DNA of 64,000 nucleotides. It comes from Tubiluchus corallicola (lineage: Eukaryota; Animalia; Priapulida). The stretch spans positions 558,001 through 622,000 of the forward strand of contig JAQGDQ010000077.1 of NCBI GenBank assembly GCA_030141605.1. Reading direction: 5' to 3'. Both the position numbers and the translations under genes were made by a program. The notes beneath the pieces were generated by a model. That model made no database searches. It saw nothing but the letters and a program-made list of their open reading frames with translations, and was not told the DNA's origin. This document shows positions 37,748 through 50,399 of the stretch, one piece after another (the stretch's first letter is position 1; each line of letters begins with the position of its first letter).

Positions 37748-38367
37748 TTAATAGTTTAATAGAACATAGATAATAGAACAATTTATCGAATTTAATAGAA
37801 CTCCTTACCGAACAATTTAGAAACAGTATATCAATCTGTATAAAAATTGCTCTAGCAGTTTCGATGTATTGTGAAGAAACACCACAATTTAAAACATTTC
37901 AGAGTTAGTTCATTAAATTTTGTAGTAGCCTGACGGGCTTTTTTCTGCTTACTCTATAAAAAATATGTAAATGTTGCATAGAATATGTCGTAAATCCTTG
38001 TATAAAAGCCTTTGTTGCAGGAAATTATGGGGTCCAACAATCCTACCCGATTTAGCTATATTGCTCTAATATGATCTTAGTGATATATTAACTAAAATTG
38101 GCAACAGTGGGAATGAACTGTGGCACTTGTAAAAGTATTTTCAAATGCTGACAATGTGTGAGGTCAAATTACGACATACAGTCTATAAAGAATTAACCAG
38201 ATTAATGTTTCTGCTACATACATGAGTGATGGAGATGTGCAAATCACTTACTTTACTGACCTGTTGGAAACATATATTCCCATAGGTGCCGAATTTCATG
38301 CCATGCTTTATTTTTATGTACAGCATGTATGCTCATGCAGAATTCAATATGCAGTGATTTTATGTAG

Positions 38368-38531
38368 GAGGTTTATGGGTGTACAATGAACGAACTGGCA
38401 TAGATGTAGATGGTTATCCAGTTCATTCTGCTATGTACAGAGATTTAGTCACAAACAGTCCTAAGCAACTCCATGAGTATCCTGATTTCAAACTTCCACC
38501 AGGAATTCCTTACTTCCAACATAATTCTCAG
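38368..38531 (+). CDS. FMO coding exon 2
   Basis: tatgtag|GA GGT TTA TGG: GGLWVY...VHSAMYRDLVTNSPKQLHEYPDF, conserved FMO segment; donor CAG|gtacac. Confidence 0.92.
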
Positions 38532-38781
38532 GTACACTTATTACTTTTCATCAAAACAATGTCACAAATTTTGATTCGTTCAGACATCCTGCATTGCATC
38601 CCTCTGCTGAGCTGCCACACTTAAATACCTGAATGGTCTAACCTTTGGCCAGTCTGTTCCAAAATTTATTTTGTTCACCATTTAGCTAAGATGGGTAAAA
38701 CAGTTAGCTGTAACAGTTAGTTTGGCAACTATGGCTACAGCATTTTGTGTGTGGTACCTGGTGGTAACGCCTGCTTACTGT

Positions 38782-39107
38782 GCACAAAGTTCATTGGCTG
38801 TATACAAAAACTTTGATGGACAAAAAACAAAAATATAGGGTAGAAATAAAGTTTGGCAAATAAAGTGTCAGCATTATTCGGAGAATTTATTTATCAACTT
38901 TCGATAAGAGCATATCGAATCATGTCAAAAATTGAAATTTACTGCTTATTGCACGCAAAATTTATTGGCTATATACAAAAAGTTTGATGGACAAAAAACA
39001 AAAATATAGGGTAGTAGTAAAGCTTGTCAAATAGAGTGTCAATATTAATTGCAGAATTTATTTATTAACATTCAAAGAGAGCAATCGTATCAAAAATTGA
39101 ACTTTTG
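38782..39107. repeat. Tandem duplication of ~170 bp in FMO intron 2
   Basis: ATTGGCT.TATACAAAAA.TTTGATGGACAAAAAACAAAAATATAGGGTAG...TCAAAAATTGAA.TTT present twice. Confidence 0.88.
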
Positions 39108-39990
39108 ATATATAATTGCGATATTTAGCAATCTGTGCCCTTGATAAGCTCTGCACCACAGCTGAGAATTTATATCATACAAATGTGAATGGAATTCCAA
39201 GCGAGTAAAATCAACAAGATAAGGATTAGAAGTGAACAACACAAACAGCAAATAAAGGAATCAGATCTGAAATGAACAAACAATAACAGAATGAATGAAT
39301 AAAAAAACAAATGTGAAGAAATCAAAACAGAATTAAACAACGATTAGCAAATAAAGAAATCAAATCTGAAATGAACAAAGCAATAAAGAAGTTAAGAAGT
39401 CAAACAAAAAGTGAAGAAATGTAGTATAGAGGAAAAAACACAGGTAAAGAATTATTCAAATGAAATGTAAAGCAAAGAAATTTAACATGAAAAGAATGGC
39501 TTAAACGAAAGGTGAATGAAACAAAACAGAAGGGAACGAGACAAAATGGAAGCGAACAAAGCAAAAAAAATAAAAAAGAAGTGAACGAGACAAAACAGAA
39601 GCGAACAACAGAGTTTGCATAGGAATGAACAAATCCATGCATAACATGAAACAAACGCCAAATAAATGAGATAAGGGAGAAATTAACGCCTTTCACAAAA
39701 GTAGTCGCTAGGCGTCACATCTGGTCATCGGTAACTCCATTTCTTTATTGTCTTATTCATTTCCTATTTGATTCCCATGTTTACTGTTTGAATTGTTTAG
39801 TTCTGTTTTAATTCCTTTGCTCCCATTTTGTCGATTTTGCCCTCTTGGAATTCCACAGAAGTCTTATGTGTGGAATTACTTCAAGGAGTATAATTAAACT
39901 TTTTGTATCATACTTAAGTTAAACAATTTTTAAAATGAGCTGGAAAGTTTTCTGTAACTCATTTTTATATTGTGTCTTATCGTTTTATAG

Positions 39991-40221
39991 GTACTTAAAT
40001 ACCTACAAGATTACGTAGAATGCTTCAGGTTAAAGGAACATATGCATTTTAACACTATAGTGAAGCTGGTTTCTCGCAAACTGTCTTTGGACCCTCGACA
40101 GCCTCAGTGGCTTGTCAAAACTTTGAATACACAGACTTTAGAAGAAAACTGCTCTATCTTTGATGCAGTTCTAATCTGCACAGGAAAATATTCTACGCCT
40201 TTTTATCCAGATTTTCCTCAG
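39991..40221 (+). CDS. FMO coding exon 3
   Basis: ttttatag|VLKYLQDY...FDAVLICTGKYSTPFYPDFPQ|gtaagc, phase 0 on both sides. Confidence 0.92.
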
Positions 40222-43200
40222 GTAAGCACAGTGGAAGCCTAAAGGATTTACTGAAAATTAGGGTTTGACTTCATTGCTAGCATTTAAATGATTTATGTTA
40301 TAAAAATTTTGAGCCCTACTGCTAATTTACCACAAGTGATTTAGTGACAGAATAAACCTAGAAACAGCAGAGTAACCAAAGTTTTAGCCAGAAAGTAATT
40401 CGAAGAGATGACTGTAACGACCAGCTTAGCATATATCTTTGTATATGTAACTAGATTTAGTTATTACTATCCCCATTTAACTTTGTGGAATGAGATGCGT
40501 TTTTTGGCAACGTAAACTTTACGGGTGTATACGTAATTTAGTTTGGGCTGTATAAAATTGTTGTTTATAGCTGTTCAATGTATAAACCAGGTGTTACACT
40601 TTAGTTATGCGCATAGGCCAAAACTAGGGTAAACTCGTCGAACGGATATGCAAATACAGGTTATCCTGCTATAGTGTTATTGAAGCCAGACTATTAGACA
40701 ACCGGCTTTAGAGGTCTTGTCAGACAGATGTGTAGAGAACGACGTGGCTCTTTGCAAGAGAGACTTGCGGGCAGATATAATGCTGGACAGTTTTTTTAAC
40801 ATATGTTTTGCCTCTTCGCATATAAATCGTGCAACTTTAGCTGGCTCTACTTAACGCTAATGTCTAGTGAAAGTTCCAACTACGTGTTAGTGACTATTTA
40901 TTTGGGCAGTTCTAGTATCAAGCCCAGTTCACCATTTGTTTACATCGAGTTACATTGTGACATCTGACGTGAAAAACCAAACTACCGGTCTACCAACACA
41001 GGACGCTTCCGGGAATGACTCACAGCTGCTTATGACATCACAGTTTAGCTATGCTCTAAACACCCGGGTGTGCACACCGATGTTGTGGATCCGCCACCTT
41101 CGTCGTCGTGCTGCCGCTGATAAGTATTACTGACGTATACTTTCATTGATGCAGAGACTGTAGTGATAAATTCTCGTTTCGTTTGTTTAACTACTAGGCC
41201 ACCGCCTGTTGCTTCCTTTTGTACAACGATACTTGCTTCGACTTGCAGTGGCTGGTAAAAACTAAGACTCAGTTGAAAGTGCTGATAGCTTACATTACAA
41301 CCTCGTGTGGATGGAGCTTTACTTTATGGACTTACTATTAACAAGCATTGGTGAACTATTAGATTATTTTTATTTTGTTAGCCAAAGGTAATTTTTGGGT
41401 ATTGTTTGTAGCATATGAATGTATTTCCGGCCTGTAAATTTTAAGTTGTGTTGCAACACATGTTTATTGAACTGGTACCCGGGTACAAATTAACAGCTGT
41501 CACTTGGTTTGAACTAATTTTATATTATCAACATTTATGAATATTAAAGGGTTATCTTATCATAAAAACTGCATAAAATTAGTTTCACGTTTCGTGTTCA
41601 AGGAATATGTTGAGTAAAAACTGAGTAGTATGACACGCGCTACCAAACAATATGAGCGCTGATTGCTCATACTTGATTGTGAGATCCGCCCCACATTACA
41701 ATGACTTTTTACAGTTCCATCTTGTTTTCTTTAAATCAGCGAGCACTAGCACCGCTCATCTAGGAGAATCCCTCTGCTGATTTTTCATCATTATGTAAAG
41801 CATCCAGTTATCCACTTTAATTCCTGCTAACTCACAAATACAGAGTTTTAGTGTCACAAATCTTATGTGGTAGATAAGTGAGGTAAGAGCCTTGAATGTG
41901 ATGTAGTGAATGGTAACCTCGGTCAAAAGAACAAAGACACTGATCATCGGTCTGTTTTCGATTACTGTTTAACTCCTCTCACAGCTTTGAATCAAATTCA
42001 ATTTTTCCATGTTTAGATATTGTAAGGTAGATGTGTATCTGAAATTTTAAAAAGCGGGGTAGATGCCTGAACTAAGGGCTCAAACAATGGTGTAGATAAA
42101 AAATGGGATTTTTACTTGAATGCCTACGAGCTAAAATGTGAAAATTTAGGAAGTGTTAAGGCATGCGGCTTTGTCCTCAAATTGTAACATACTGTGACTG
42201 TCATAAAACTAAAAAATATCTGTCCTGAAATTTTGTATCACATATATGCTGTTGTCACTTATTGCACTTAAGCAGTAACGTTGATTAAACTTGAAAATTT
42301 AAACTCCCACAGTTACTGTTAGACACAGCCATTTTTACAGTTCATCATTTGAAACAAGTTTAGATAACATTGCTTAAAGTTTGAAAAAAACCAGCGCATT
42401 TGTAGTACACTCTTTGCTAAAAAAGCAAAAGTATAAATTACTTCATATTGTCAGTAAGATCAATAATGTGTTTTTTGGTGAGCAGTAGGGCACACAAGGG
42501 CGGTGACCATTTTACCAGGTGGCATGAACATTACGTTTTTAGGAATTTTCTTTTCCAATTACATAAGTCTTTCAAACAGACAAACGTGTTGCTAAGTAGA
42601 ATATCTTTGCCTGGAAAGTTCTTTGAGACTTACTTTAAAATTCCCCTACTTTCCTTTTAAATAACTCTAGTATGCAGGATCACGAAATTTCAAATTTCTA
42701 GGATAGACTGGCATTTAGGTATTGTAGGGTAGATGTGCACCTGGAGATTTAAGGGGATTAGATGAGATTTTTAAGGACCCGAGATAGAACCAAAAATGCA
42801 TAACATTGCATAGCATTGGACCAGACAGAGTGAAGTGATCAACAGTCACAAGCTCTGTACACACTGGTTAGTTACACTTGACTATAATAATCTACAAGTT
42901 TTGATATGAATTAACTACACTCGACCAAGTATAGTCAGATAAAATGTGAAAACAGCATGATGCTCGCAGATTTGATTCGGAATTCATTCAGGCTTATTTT
43001 TGTTGGTGTGATCTCAAGAAATTGTTTTGAAGTATGATTGTAACAAAAATAAATAACACGATAAAACATAGTTGAAAATGTTAACCAAATCCCTATTTTG
43101 TAAAGACTGTATACTATATGTATAGTCCATGTCATACATCAGTGCTTGTTAATGTCAATTATCGTAAAACTATAAATTTTCAACGCTGTCATGTTGTAGC

Positions 43201-43379
43201 ACAAGTTTTTAGCTCGTAACATAAATTTTCTGATAAATGTTCTGATTTTTTGACACATTTATTGAGTGGTTACTGAACTCATTGTGACTTGCCTTTCAGC
43301 TACAGCTATACTTCCCAGAATGAAGTCAAACAGATTTTTATTTGAGTTTTTGCATGCTTCCTACTGTTTTATCTTTCAG

Positions 43380-44147
43380 GAAAAAATTTTTGATGGAACA
43401 GTAATGCATAGCCATGATTATCGCTACCCTGAAGCATTTAAAAACAAGCGGTTGCTGTTACTTGGTGGTGCTAGCTCTGTGTTCGACATCCTGAAAGAGA
43501 CGAGTGTTCATGCTAGAAGTGTCTTTGTCTCCATAAAGGCCCACGATTCATTTTGCCTGAAGCAGCAGTATATTAATGGAGTACTACCTGAGCATGTAAG
43601 AATTACTGAATGGGTTAGAAGCATCAAAGGCAAGGCAGTGACATTCGAAAGTGGAGAGTCAGCTGAATTCGATGTCATCATCTTCTGTACCGGATATAAA
43701 TTTTATTTTCCATTTTTGGATGCGTCGTGCGAAGTGGTCATTGATGGGCATCGTCGCATCACACCATTATTCAAACACATGGTCCATATCAAGTACAATA
43801 CACTTTTGTTTATAAACATGGCATACAATCCAATCGATTTTGTTCTACCATTTGTCACTGTTCCACTTGCACTGAATATTATAGACGGATCACACAAATT
43901 GCCCACAGAATCCGAAATGGAGAAGGACACAGAAATGGATTTCAAGCAGAGGCAATTACATGGGTTAAAAACACGTCATGCACACTCGTACATACATCCA
44001 CCTTATCAACCCAAGGACTATGTGGAAGATATTTGCGAGTATGGAAATATACCAGACGTTCTGATTAATAACTACAAATGTTTGGAGGAACTGATGAAAA
44101 GTATATCGACAAATATCTTCAAGTTTCGCGATTATACATATGAGTGA
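43380..44147 (+). CDS. FMO coding exon 4 (fingerprint, NADPH-binding region, stop)
   Basis: ctttcag acceptor; FMO fingerprint FDGTVMHSHDYR (FxGxxxHxxxY), DVIIFCTGY, PLFKH, C-terminal FRDYTYE*. Confidence 0.93.
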   Translation, partial: EKIFDGTVMHSHDYRYPEAFKNKRLLLLGGASSVFDILKETSVHARSVFVSIKAHDSFCLKQQYINGVLPEHVRITEWVRSIKGKAVTFESGESAEFDVIIFCTGYKFYFPFLDASCEVVIDGHRRITPLFKHMVHIKYNTLLFINMAYNPIDFVLPFVTVPLALNIIDGSHKLPTESEMEKDTEMDFKQRQLHGLKTRHAHSYIHPPYQPKDYVEDICEYGNIPDVLINNYKCLEELMKSISTNIFKFRDYTYE

Positions 44148-45780
44148 GGTGAGTATTAAAACGAAAATACAAAATTAGTTATGAAACCATCCAATTGTAT
44201 TGTCAGTATTGAACACACTCTTACAGAACGCGAAAGCTCCTGGAAGCCTATGAATTTAGGCAACTTTACAGACCTGTTCAAGTCAACTTCATGCAACTTT
44301 TCCACAATATTGGCATTCAGAAGAATTTAATTTGAACAAAAATGTATTCAGTGCTTTGTTCAGTGCAGTTAAAGGTTGCTTTGTTGTCTTCAAGGTAACA
44401 GAGCTAAGTTGAGGCCGCTGCTTTACTGTGTTGCCTATATTTTGAGGGACACTGTTGATTTCAAATTGACCTTTCTAATGTTTGTCATTCAGCAAAATTC
44501 TTTCTATTTTGCTTGCTATGATTTAAATGTTTACTTGAAAAATGACAAAAATACTCAAATGAAAAATGCCAAAAAATATGTATGATGTTCTTCAGAAGGA
44601 AATTATTTACCCGTATTTCAGTCTTATGATAGATTTACATGAAGCAGCTGCCAGTTATCATTAATTATCGTTTCTTGACTTTAGCAGAAATGTGACGTTT
44701 AAGTGGCATGTGTTGTGCTCAATTTGCCTCAGACTGTTTATTGAAAACTGTTTCCTGTTTTTTTGAAACTGAACGAAATGCTGCATGTTAGTTTAGTTAC
44801 CCCAATACCAATTTTATTGGGACACCATTTCGTCAACTAAATGGAGGCACATTGTCTGCTGTTCAGCTAATTTTAGCAAAAACTTTGCAAACCAGCAGAG
44901 CTGTATTTCCTGATCATGCCTGGTATTGTAGTAAGATAACTCAAATATGATTATTTATCTTTTGTCTGAAAACTGTAACAAAGACATAGAACAAGTCATG
45001 TCATATTCCAACTTGCTGACATTACAGCAATATGCATGCACTTTTGTTTGCTGCATTTGTGCATCAGTACTAGAAATCACTGAACCTATAATTTTACTCT
45101 GGAATGTTTCTAAAACAGCAAAATCTGTGAATTGTTTATTCTAGCAGCAGTGAGGCAATATTACCTTCTAAATCAATATTCATAGCAATTTTTGTTTATA
45201 TTTTTACATTAACTGATTTTTCTACTCAATAATATACGTGTAATGTGAAATCAGATATTTAGGAGAGTGTTTATAGTCATTTAGATGTCCTATCTTGATT
45301 GTTAATTTTATATGTTATAAAACTGAATAGTTGATAAAATATCATACAATTTATTGATGACGATGTTTAAACAATTTTTTACAAGATCACTTCATACAGA
45401 TTATTATGATTATTTACATTTATACAGATATTTCAAATATGTTTTTATATTTTTGATGGTGGAAGCATCCTATCGGTAATAAATAGATTAATTTTAAAAG
45501 TGTTTAAAATTTGTGTGCAATTTTTCTTTTGAAAAAAAGAAAAAATTATCTTATGATACCGCGTAGAACAAACATATAAGTTATTTCGTCTGTACCTTAA
45601 CGAATATCCATAGGGAATAAAGGCAGACATGAGCAGTTAGAGAAATGTGCATTTTGATGATCTGAAGAAATACTTTCAGTTTATGAAAAAATATCAATAG
45701 CAAGTTTTCTAATAGCTGTCTAAGGCCACAATCACTGTTATTTGCAGTTATCTTTTTCCAAGGCCAAAATGCAGCTAGAT

Positions 45781-46057
45781 CAGTGGTTCCCAAACTTTCT
45801 CGGACCGTTACCCAAATCGGGAAACTCGGTCGTGTCCTTTACCCCCCACCTAGTACTACTTCTCCAACTCAAAAAGTTGTACGAATGATGGACCCCATGA
45901 CACAGTGTTGCCTGCCGGAGGCAGTCTCTTCAAGAAGAAAACTACGTAAAATGCATTCCGAGTGAAGTTTTAAAAATTTTCAGAGGGGTGCCCGTTACCC
46001 CCTAAAAAAACCATATTACCCCCAGGGGGTAATTTACCCCTACTTTGGGAACCACTG
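45781..46057. mobile_element. hAT (Charlie-like) MITE, 277 bp
   Basis: Perfect TIR CAGTGGTTCCCAAA...TTTGGGAACCACTG; perfect 8-bp TSD AGCTAGAT on both sides. Confidence 0.92.
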
Positions 46058-46125
46058 AGCTAGATACAATGTCAATGTTGCTCAGTTGAAAGAACATTCA
46101 GGCTGTTCAGGTGAGCAAGTCCTAA

Positions 46126-46230
46126 TCACAATGGAGTTGAAGATGGTAGAATGGCCTGTGAACCCAAGCAAATGTATGCCAGACGCTCAATGTCATCCAA
46201 ACTGAGAATGCTGATATTGAATTCAAGATC
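46126..46230 (-). CDS. UBL4A: UBL4A-like coding exon 4 (TUGS/BAG6-binding helix, stop)
   Basis: DLEFNISILSLDDIERLAYICLGSQAILPSSTPL*; LSLDDIERLA is the recognisable UBL4A C-terminal motif. Confidence 0.9.
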   Translation of the reverse strand, partial: DLEFNISILSLDDIERLAYICLGSQAILPSSTPL

Positions 46231-46654
46231 CTATAAAAAAAACTTCCAGTTTTCATCTTAAACACTTACCTGACATTTTTGCAGCCTTAATGTATACAGG
46301 TTTTTATATATGAAAGTGGACATGCAAGTAGTGACTACTTGCAACTTGCAAGTAGATTTAGTTGTATATTAAATAATCAGTGAAGTTCATTATTAAGCCT
46401 TGCATTTAAGGTATGTCCAGGTTAGTTCATTTATACAACCTGTGCACAAGTATTTCTATGTTTTTTTTCTTAATTCGATTTTTTATTTATAAGTTAGGAT
46501 ACTACTACAAATCTACAATAGCTACGTTGGGTACTTTATATTGCACTGTTGGCTAATTTGTAGGTACAGTAATATAAATTTCTACAATGGACGATCATGA
46601 ATGCATACATGTAGATACTGTAATAACTGTACTTTTACCCCTGGTAATGCCCAC

Positions 46655-46845
46655 CTTCTCAAATTCATCAATGATTCTATTCATGTCTGCAGCCGTAAAA
46701 TGTGGATGCAGTATTTTTCTCAACTCCTCTCGCAACGAGTCTTTTCGTGCATCAACTGAAACATTTGTATCTGCACATCTGTTTGAAACAACAAGGTGAA
46801 GTCTGGAATCAGGAACAATGTTGTAATCACTCAACTTCTGAGAAT
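46655..46845 (-). CDS. UBL4A: UBL4A-like coding exon 3
   Basis: SQKLSDYNIVPDSRLHLVV...ELRKILHPHFTAADMNRIIDEFEK; donor AAG|gtgggc chosen because it gives phase 0 with the next exon. Confidence 0.85.
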
Positions 46846-47457
46846 CTAAATGAACACAAACCGTTTTAGTACTTTTTGTAGCTTACTTAACAGAAATGCA
46901 ACCTGCCAGAACAAATAGCACAGTTCCACACTTGCAACAAGCAGGATAGCAAGTACTTGAATTTAAGACATTCAAAAATTTAAGACATACATGTATGCCA
47001 AAACCATTTTTCGAAAGTGAACACTTAACAAAGTACTAGAGCTTACACTAATGTAAATGCTATTTGCATTGCGACTTGCTGCTAGTGAAGTTGTAAAACC
47101 TTTAGGCATACAAAATTATGACAATCAGTGTCTGATATATATATGCCAGCCAAGAAACAAAATTCTATAAATATTTTTAAAGTAGGTTGTGTTATGTGAA
47201 TAGCACAGAACAAGCTTTTAGCATGAACTATATAGTGCAAAATACCCGGATCGAACCCAGAGTAGTTAAAAATGCTTCAAGCTGGAATTGTATCGAAACT
47301 CCAATCCTGATACGGCTTGCAAAGTTTCGGTGAAGAGAAGCTTTTTCGTTGAGTTGAAAGAGTTGCGACACTGACTTACAACCAAACATCTCTGTTAGAG
47401 AGTGACTAAGCTACTGCTTCTAAATCTTTGAATGGTTGGTAAATAAGAATGGATTAC

Positions 47458-47563
47458 CTGTTAATGTTTTGCCGCGATAGACGAGTCTCTGGTTGTTAAC
47501 AGGAATGCCTAGAGCTTTCTGAACTTGTTCTTTAACATCAGTAACTTGCTGACTAGCAGACAC
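47458..47563 (-). CDS. UBL4A: UBL4A-like coding exon 2
   Basis: VSASQQVTDVKEQVQKALGIPVNNQRLVYRGKTLT(D), ubiquitin-fold QRLxxxGK motif; canonical splice sites. Confidence 0.9.
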
Positions 47564-47808
47564 CTGTTTATAAATAAATTGTATTCAAATTATGCATGAA
47601 ATTAGTATAATACGAGAAACAGTTCATAATGCATACACCAACAAACAAAATGCTTAAAACAGTACAATTTACCACCACTGTAGTCCACGTACCTTATGTA
47701 AATTCAAGCGGTAGCGTCTTACTCATGGGTGTTTTAAGTATATATAACATTTAAACAGGCCTTAAATACTGTATGATCAACTTAAACATAAACTCTGTGC
47801 AAACATAC

Positions 47809-47856
47809 CTCTAGTGTACACTCTCTGCCACCTAGGATTTTTACATTCACAAACAT
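47809..47856 (-). CDS. UBL4A: Ubiquitin-like protein 4A (Get5/GdX-like), coding exon 1 of 4
   Basis: MFVNVKILGGRECTLE|gtatgt; an acceptor 9 nt upstream implies a non-coding first exon. Model complement(46126-46230,46655-46845,47458-47563,47809-47856) = 450 nt, 149 aa. Confidence 0.88.
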
Positions 47857-48495
47857 TTCAAGGTGCTGAAATAAAATGGAAACTATTGGCAGGCAACAAA
47901 ATAAAGTTTGTTGTAAAAAAGTGAACATTCACACGTTTATTTACAAATGCACAGTTTTTTTAAACCAGCTGAGGGTTTTGCCGAATTTTTTGTTTCTAAT
48001 CAGTACTTCGTAAAAAATTGATAATTAGCACTTCGTTTCATACTGTAGTCAAGAAAGATCAATCAGAAAAAAGGGCTGAAAGAAGATACAAGGAAGAAAC
48101 CTTGTATCACACCTACGGCTTGTAGATTACGCTACTTAAAAACAAGGTATTATGAGAAACAGATTTTTTTGCTTCTAAAACATTCCAAAACTCTTACGGC
48201 ACGCTCAGACTAGCAAGTTTTTTTTGCCAAATAATTCGCCAGCGTGTTCAGACTAGAGAGCGAAACTTGCTGTGAGCTACTCTCCAACACCAGGGCACAC
48301 TGACACTCGCTTCTTTATTCACTCTGAAAAGTGTTGAGAGTAACTTGTTGAGGCGTTCACAGTGACACTAGACAGTAACTCGCAGCAACTGTTGGAGAGT
48401 TTACCGCAAATTGAAGACAAAATCTCACAAATCAGTTCATAGTTTGCAAGATATTAGTAAACTCGCGGCACAAAAAACTCTATATTCAGATTGTA

Positions 48496-49354
48496 GGGCG
48501 CGGAGTACGCCACTAGCCGCAGTAGGTCATTTCCGTTAAAGCGCATGTGCTAAATTTGCGGAAAAGCAGTGTCGTACATGGGCAGGCCAGTACTTGCATT
48601 TTTCTGTCGAGAATTGAGAATTATGACATTATAAAACATAAAACTAAATTTGTTTTAGAAAAAAGTAACTTTATAGTAATGATGGGTAGTCCTTGACAAT
48701 TTACAAATGTATTTTTTTTACAATTAACATCATTATTATTTATTATTAGCTCCATTAATATCATCATACGTTTAAACTAAGTATCTAATGCTTTAAAAAG
48801 AGAAACTATGTAGGGCACACAGCTCGCTAACCCGTTTACTTAGTAAAAAACAAGGATGTCCAAGAGGTAGTGAAACAGATCACCTGTCTGTGAAGAGAGA
48901 CAAAATAATAATTACTATAAAATGATATATCTAAATTATTTTTACTTAAGTAAATTGATATACCTAGGCGATGTTGGAATAGCCTAAAATGGAGCTTATT
49001 TCACTTCAAAAATATTTAATATCGAAGAAAAATTTAATATTGGCCATTCTACTAGCTCAGAATAATATTCTTTTATTTTATCAGATGTATAATAAATTAT
49101 TCAACATTTTTTGACATTTTCAATTATTATTATTAAATAAAGAAGGTCAACGGACGCTGTCAGTAAGGTTAATGATTCAATTCGTGACCTGTCTCTAGTG
49201 TCCTACTTGAGCAGCCCATGTACGACGCGTCCTACTTGGGCTAAACCATGTACAATGCGTTCTATTTGGCCTAGCTCATGTACGACGCGTCCTACTTGGC
49301 CTAAGCCCATGTACACCAATTGTCCTACTTCGGCTAATGTCCTACTCTGCTCCC
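48496..49354. mobile_element. Old TIR/foldback-like element with subterminal ~31-bp repeats
   Basis: Left GGGCGCGGAGTACGCCACTAGCCGCAGTAGGTCATT vs reverse complement of right end GGGAGCAGAGTAGGACATTAGCCGAAGTAGGACAATT; GTCGTACATGGGC (48571) inverted to the GCCCATGTACGAC repeats at 49199-49350; no TSD seen. Confidence 0.55.
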
Positions 49355-49681
49355 AACTCAGATAACTATAAGTAAAGCATATTGATCACAGCCTTTTCTA
49401 CACTTTGCTAGCCTATAAGTACCCGAGTTCAATGCTTCACTCTTCGGTTCAATTCTATTCAATTCAATTAATTTTATTGCACTCATTCGATTCACAATAT
49501 AATATTATAGAAGTAGAAAATTTCAATAATATATGAGTAGGATGAGTAGAAGCAGTGAAAGACCAATTATTCACTAACTCAACTGCTCCTTTGTTAACAG
49601 CAGAATTTTTTGATAGGCGCAAATGAAAAAACAAATAAAAAATATCAAATTGTAAATATCTAACACTCTAACAATCCAAAC

Positions 49682-49830
49682 GCAAAACAAAAGGCAAACA
49701 AAAATCATAAATCAGCTCAAAGCAAAGCAAAACAAAAAGCAAGCAAAGAATCAGCTCAAACTAAGCAAAACAAAAGCCGAACAAAAAATAAAAATATCAG
49801 CTCAAAGCAAGGCAAACAAGAAAACAGCTT
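49682..49830 (+). repeat. A-rich degenerate tandem repeat
   Basis: ATCAGCTCAAAGCAAAGCAAAACAAAA unit at ~49711, 49750, 49796. Confidence 0.75.
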
Positions 49831-50399
49831 ATACCAAAGTTACATATATAAACATAAATGGCTAACAAAAATTTAACATAAATATAACAAAGCATTCTAG
49901 CAAAAATAATGAAGCGAAGCAAGCATGTAGCATTCCCATGCACTAATTTACAATAACTTTTTGAGTACTTACACAACCTAGAAACCCTCCGCATAATTCA
50001 ACATCAAATATTCAAGTAATCATAACATTCGATTAAAATGGTATAATAATAATTATTGTTTTTCTTATAAATCAAAAATGTGTGGTTTGTTTATTGCTAA
50101 CTTGCCAAATATTTTTGCGTTGGAAAATATTGTTTAATTTTTTCAGGAATATTTTTTTGATACATGTTGACAACAATTTCAATTCAACAGCAATTCATTT
50201 GAATTCAACTTTCTTTGCACAAAAACAATACGTAATATGGCAAAAACACGAGATAGTACACATAATATAATAAAAATATGATTGTACTTTTACAAAACAT
50301 GACAATAAATACAATTGCAAGAATACAAAAACAGAATACAATAACAAATACAAAATGAACAAATACAATTACATAAAATTGCATATAATTTATTTTGGA

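Noticed and set aside
42013-42785. ~60-bp degenerate direct repeat (GTAGATGTG..CTG) also resembling ~27605-27640
   Set aside because: Probably remnants of a DNA transposon family, but termini and TSD could not be defined
43266-43379. N-terminal part of the 293-aa FMO ORF
   Set aside because: Intronic read-through upstream of the acceptor at 43379; similarly 1337-1405 for the last GRXCR exon
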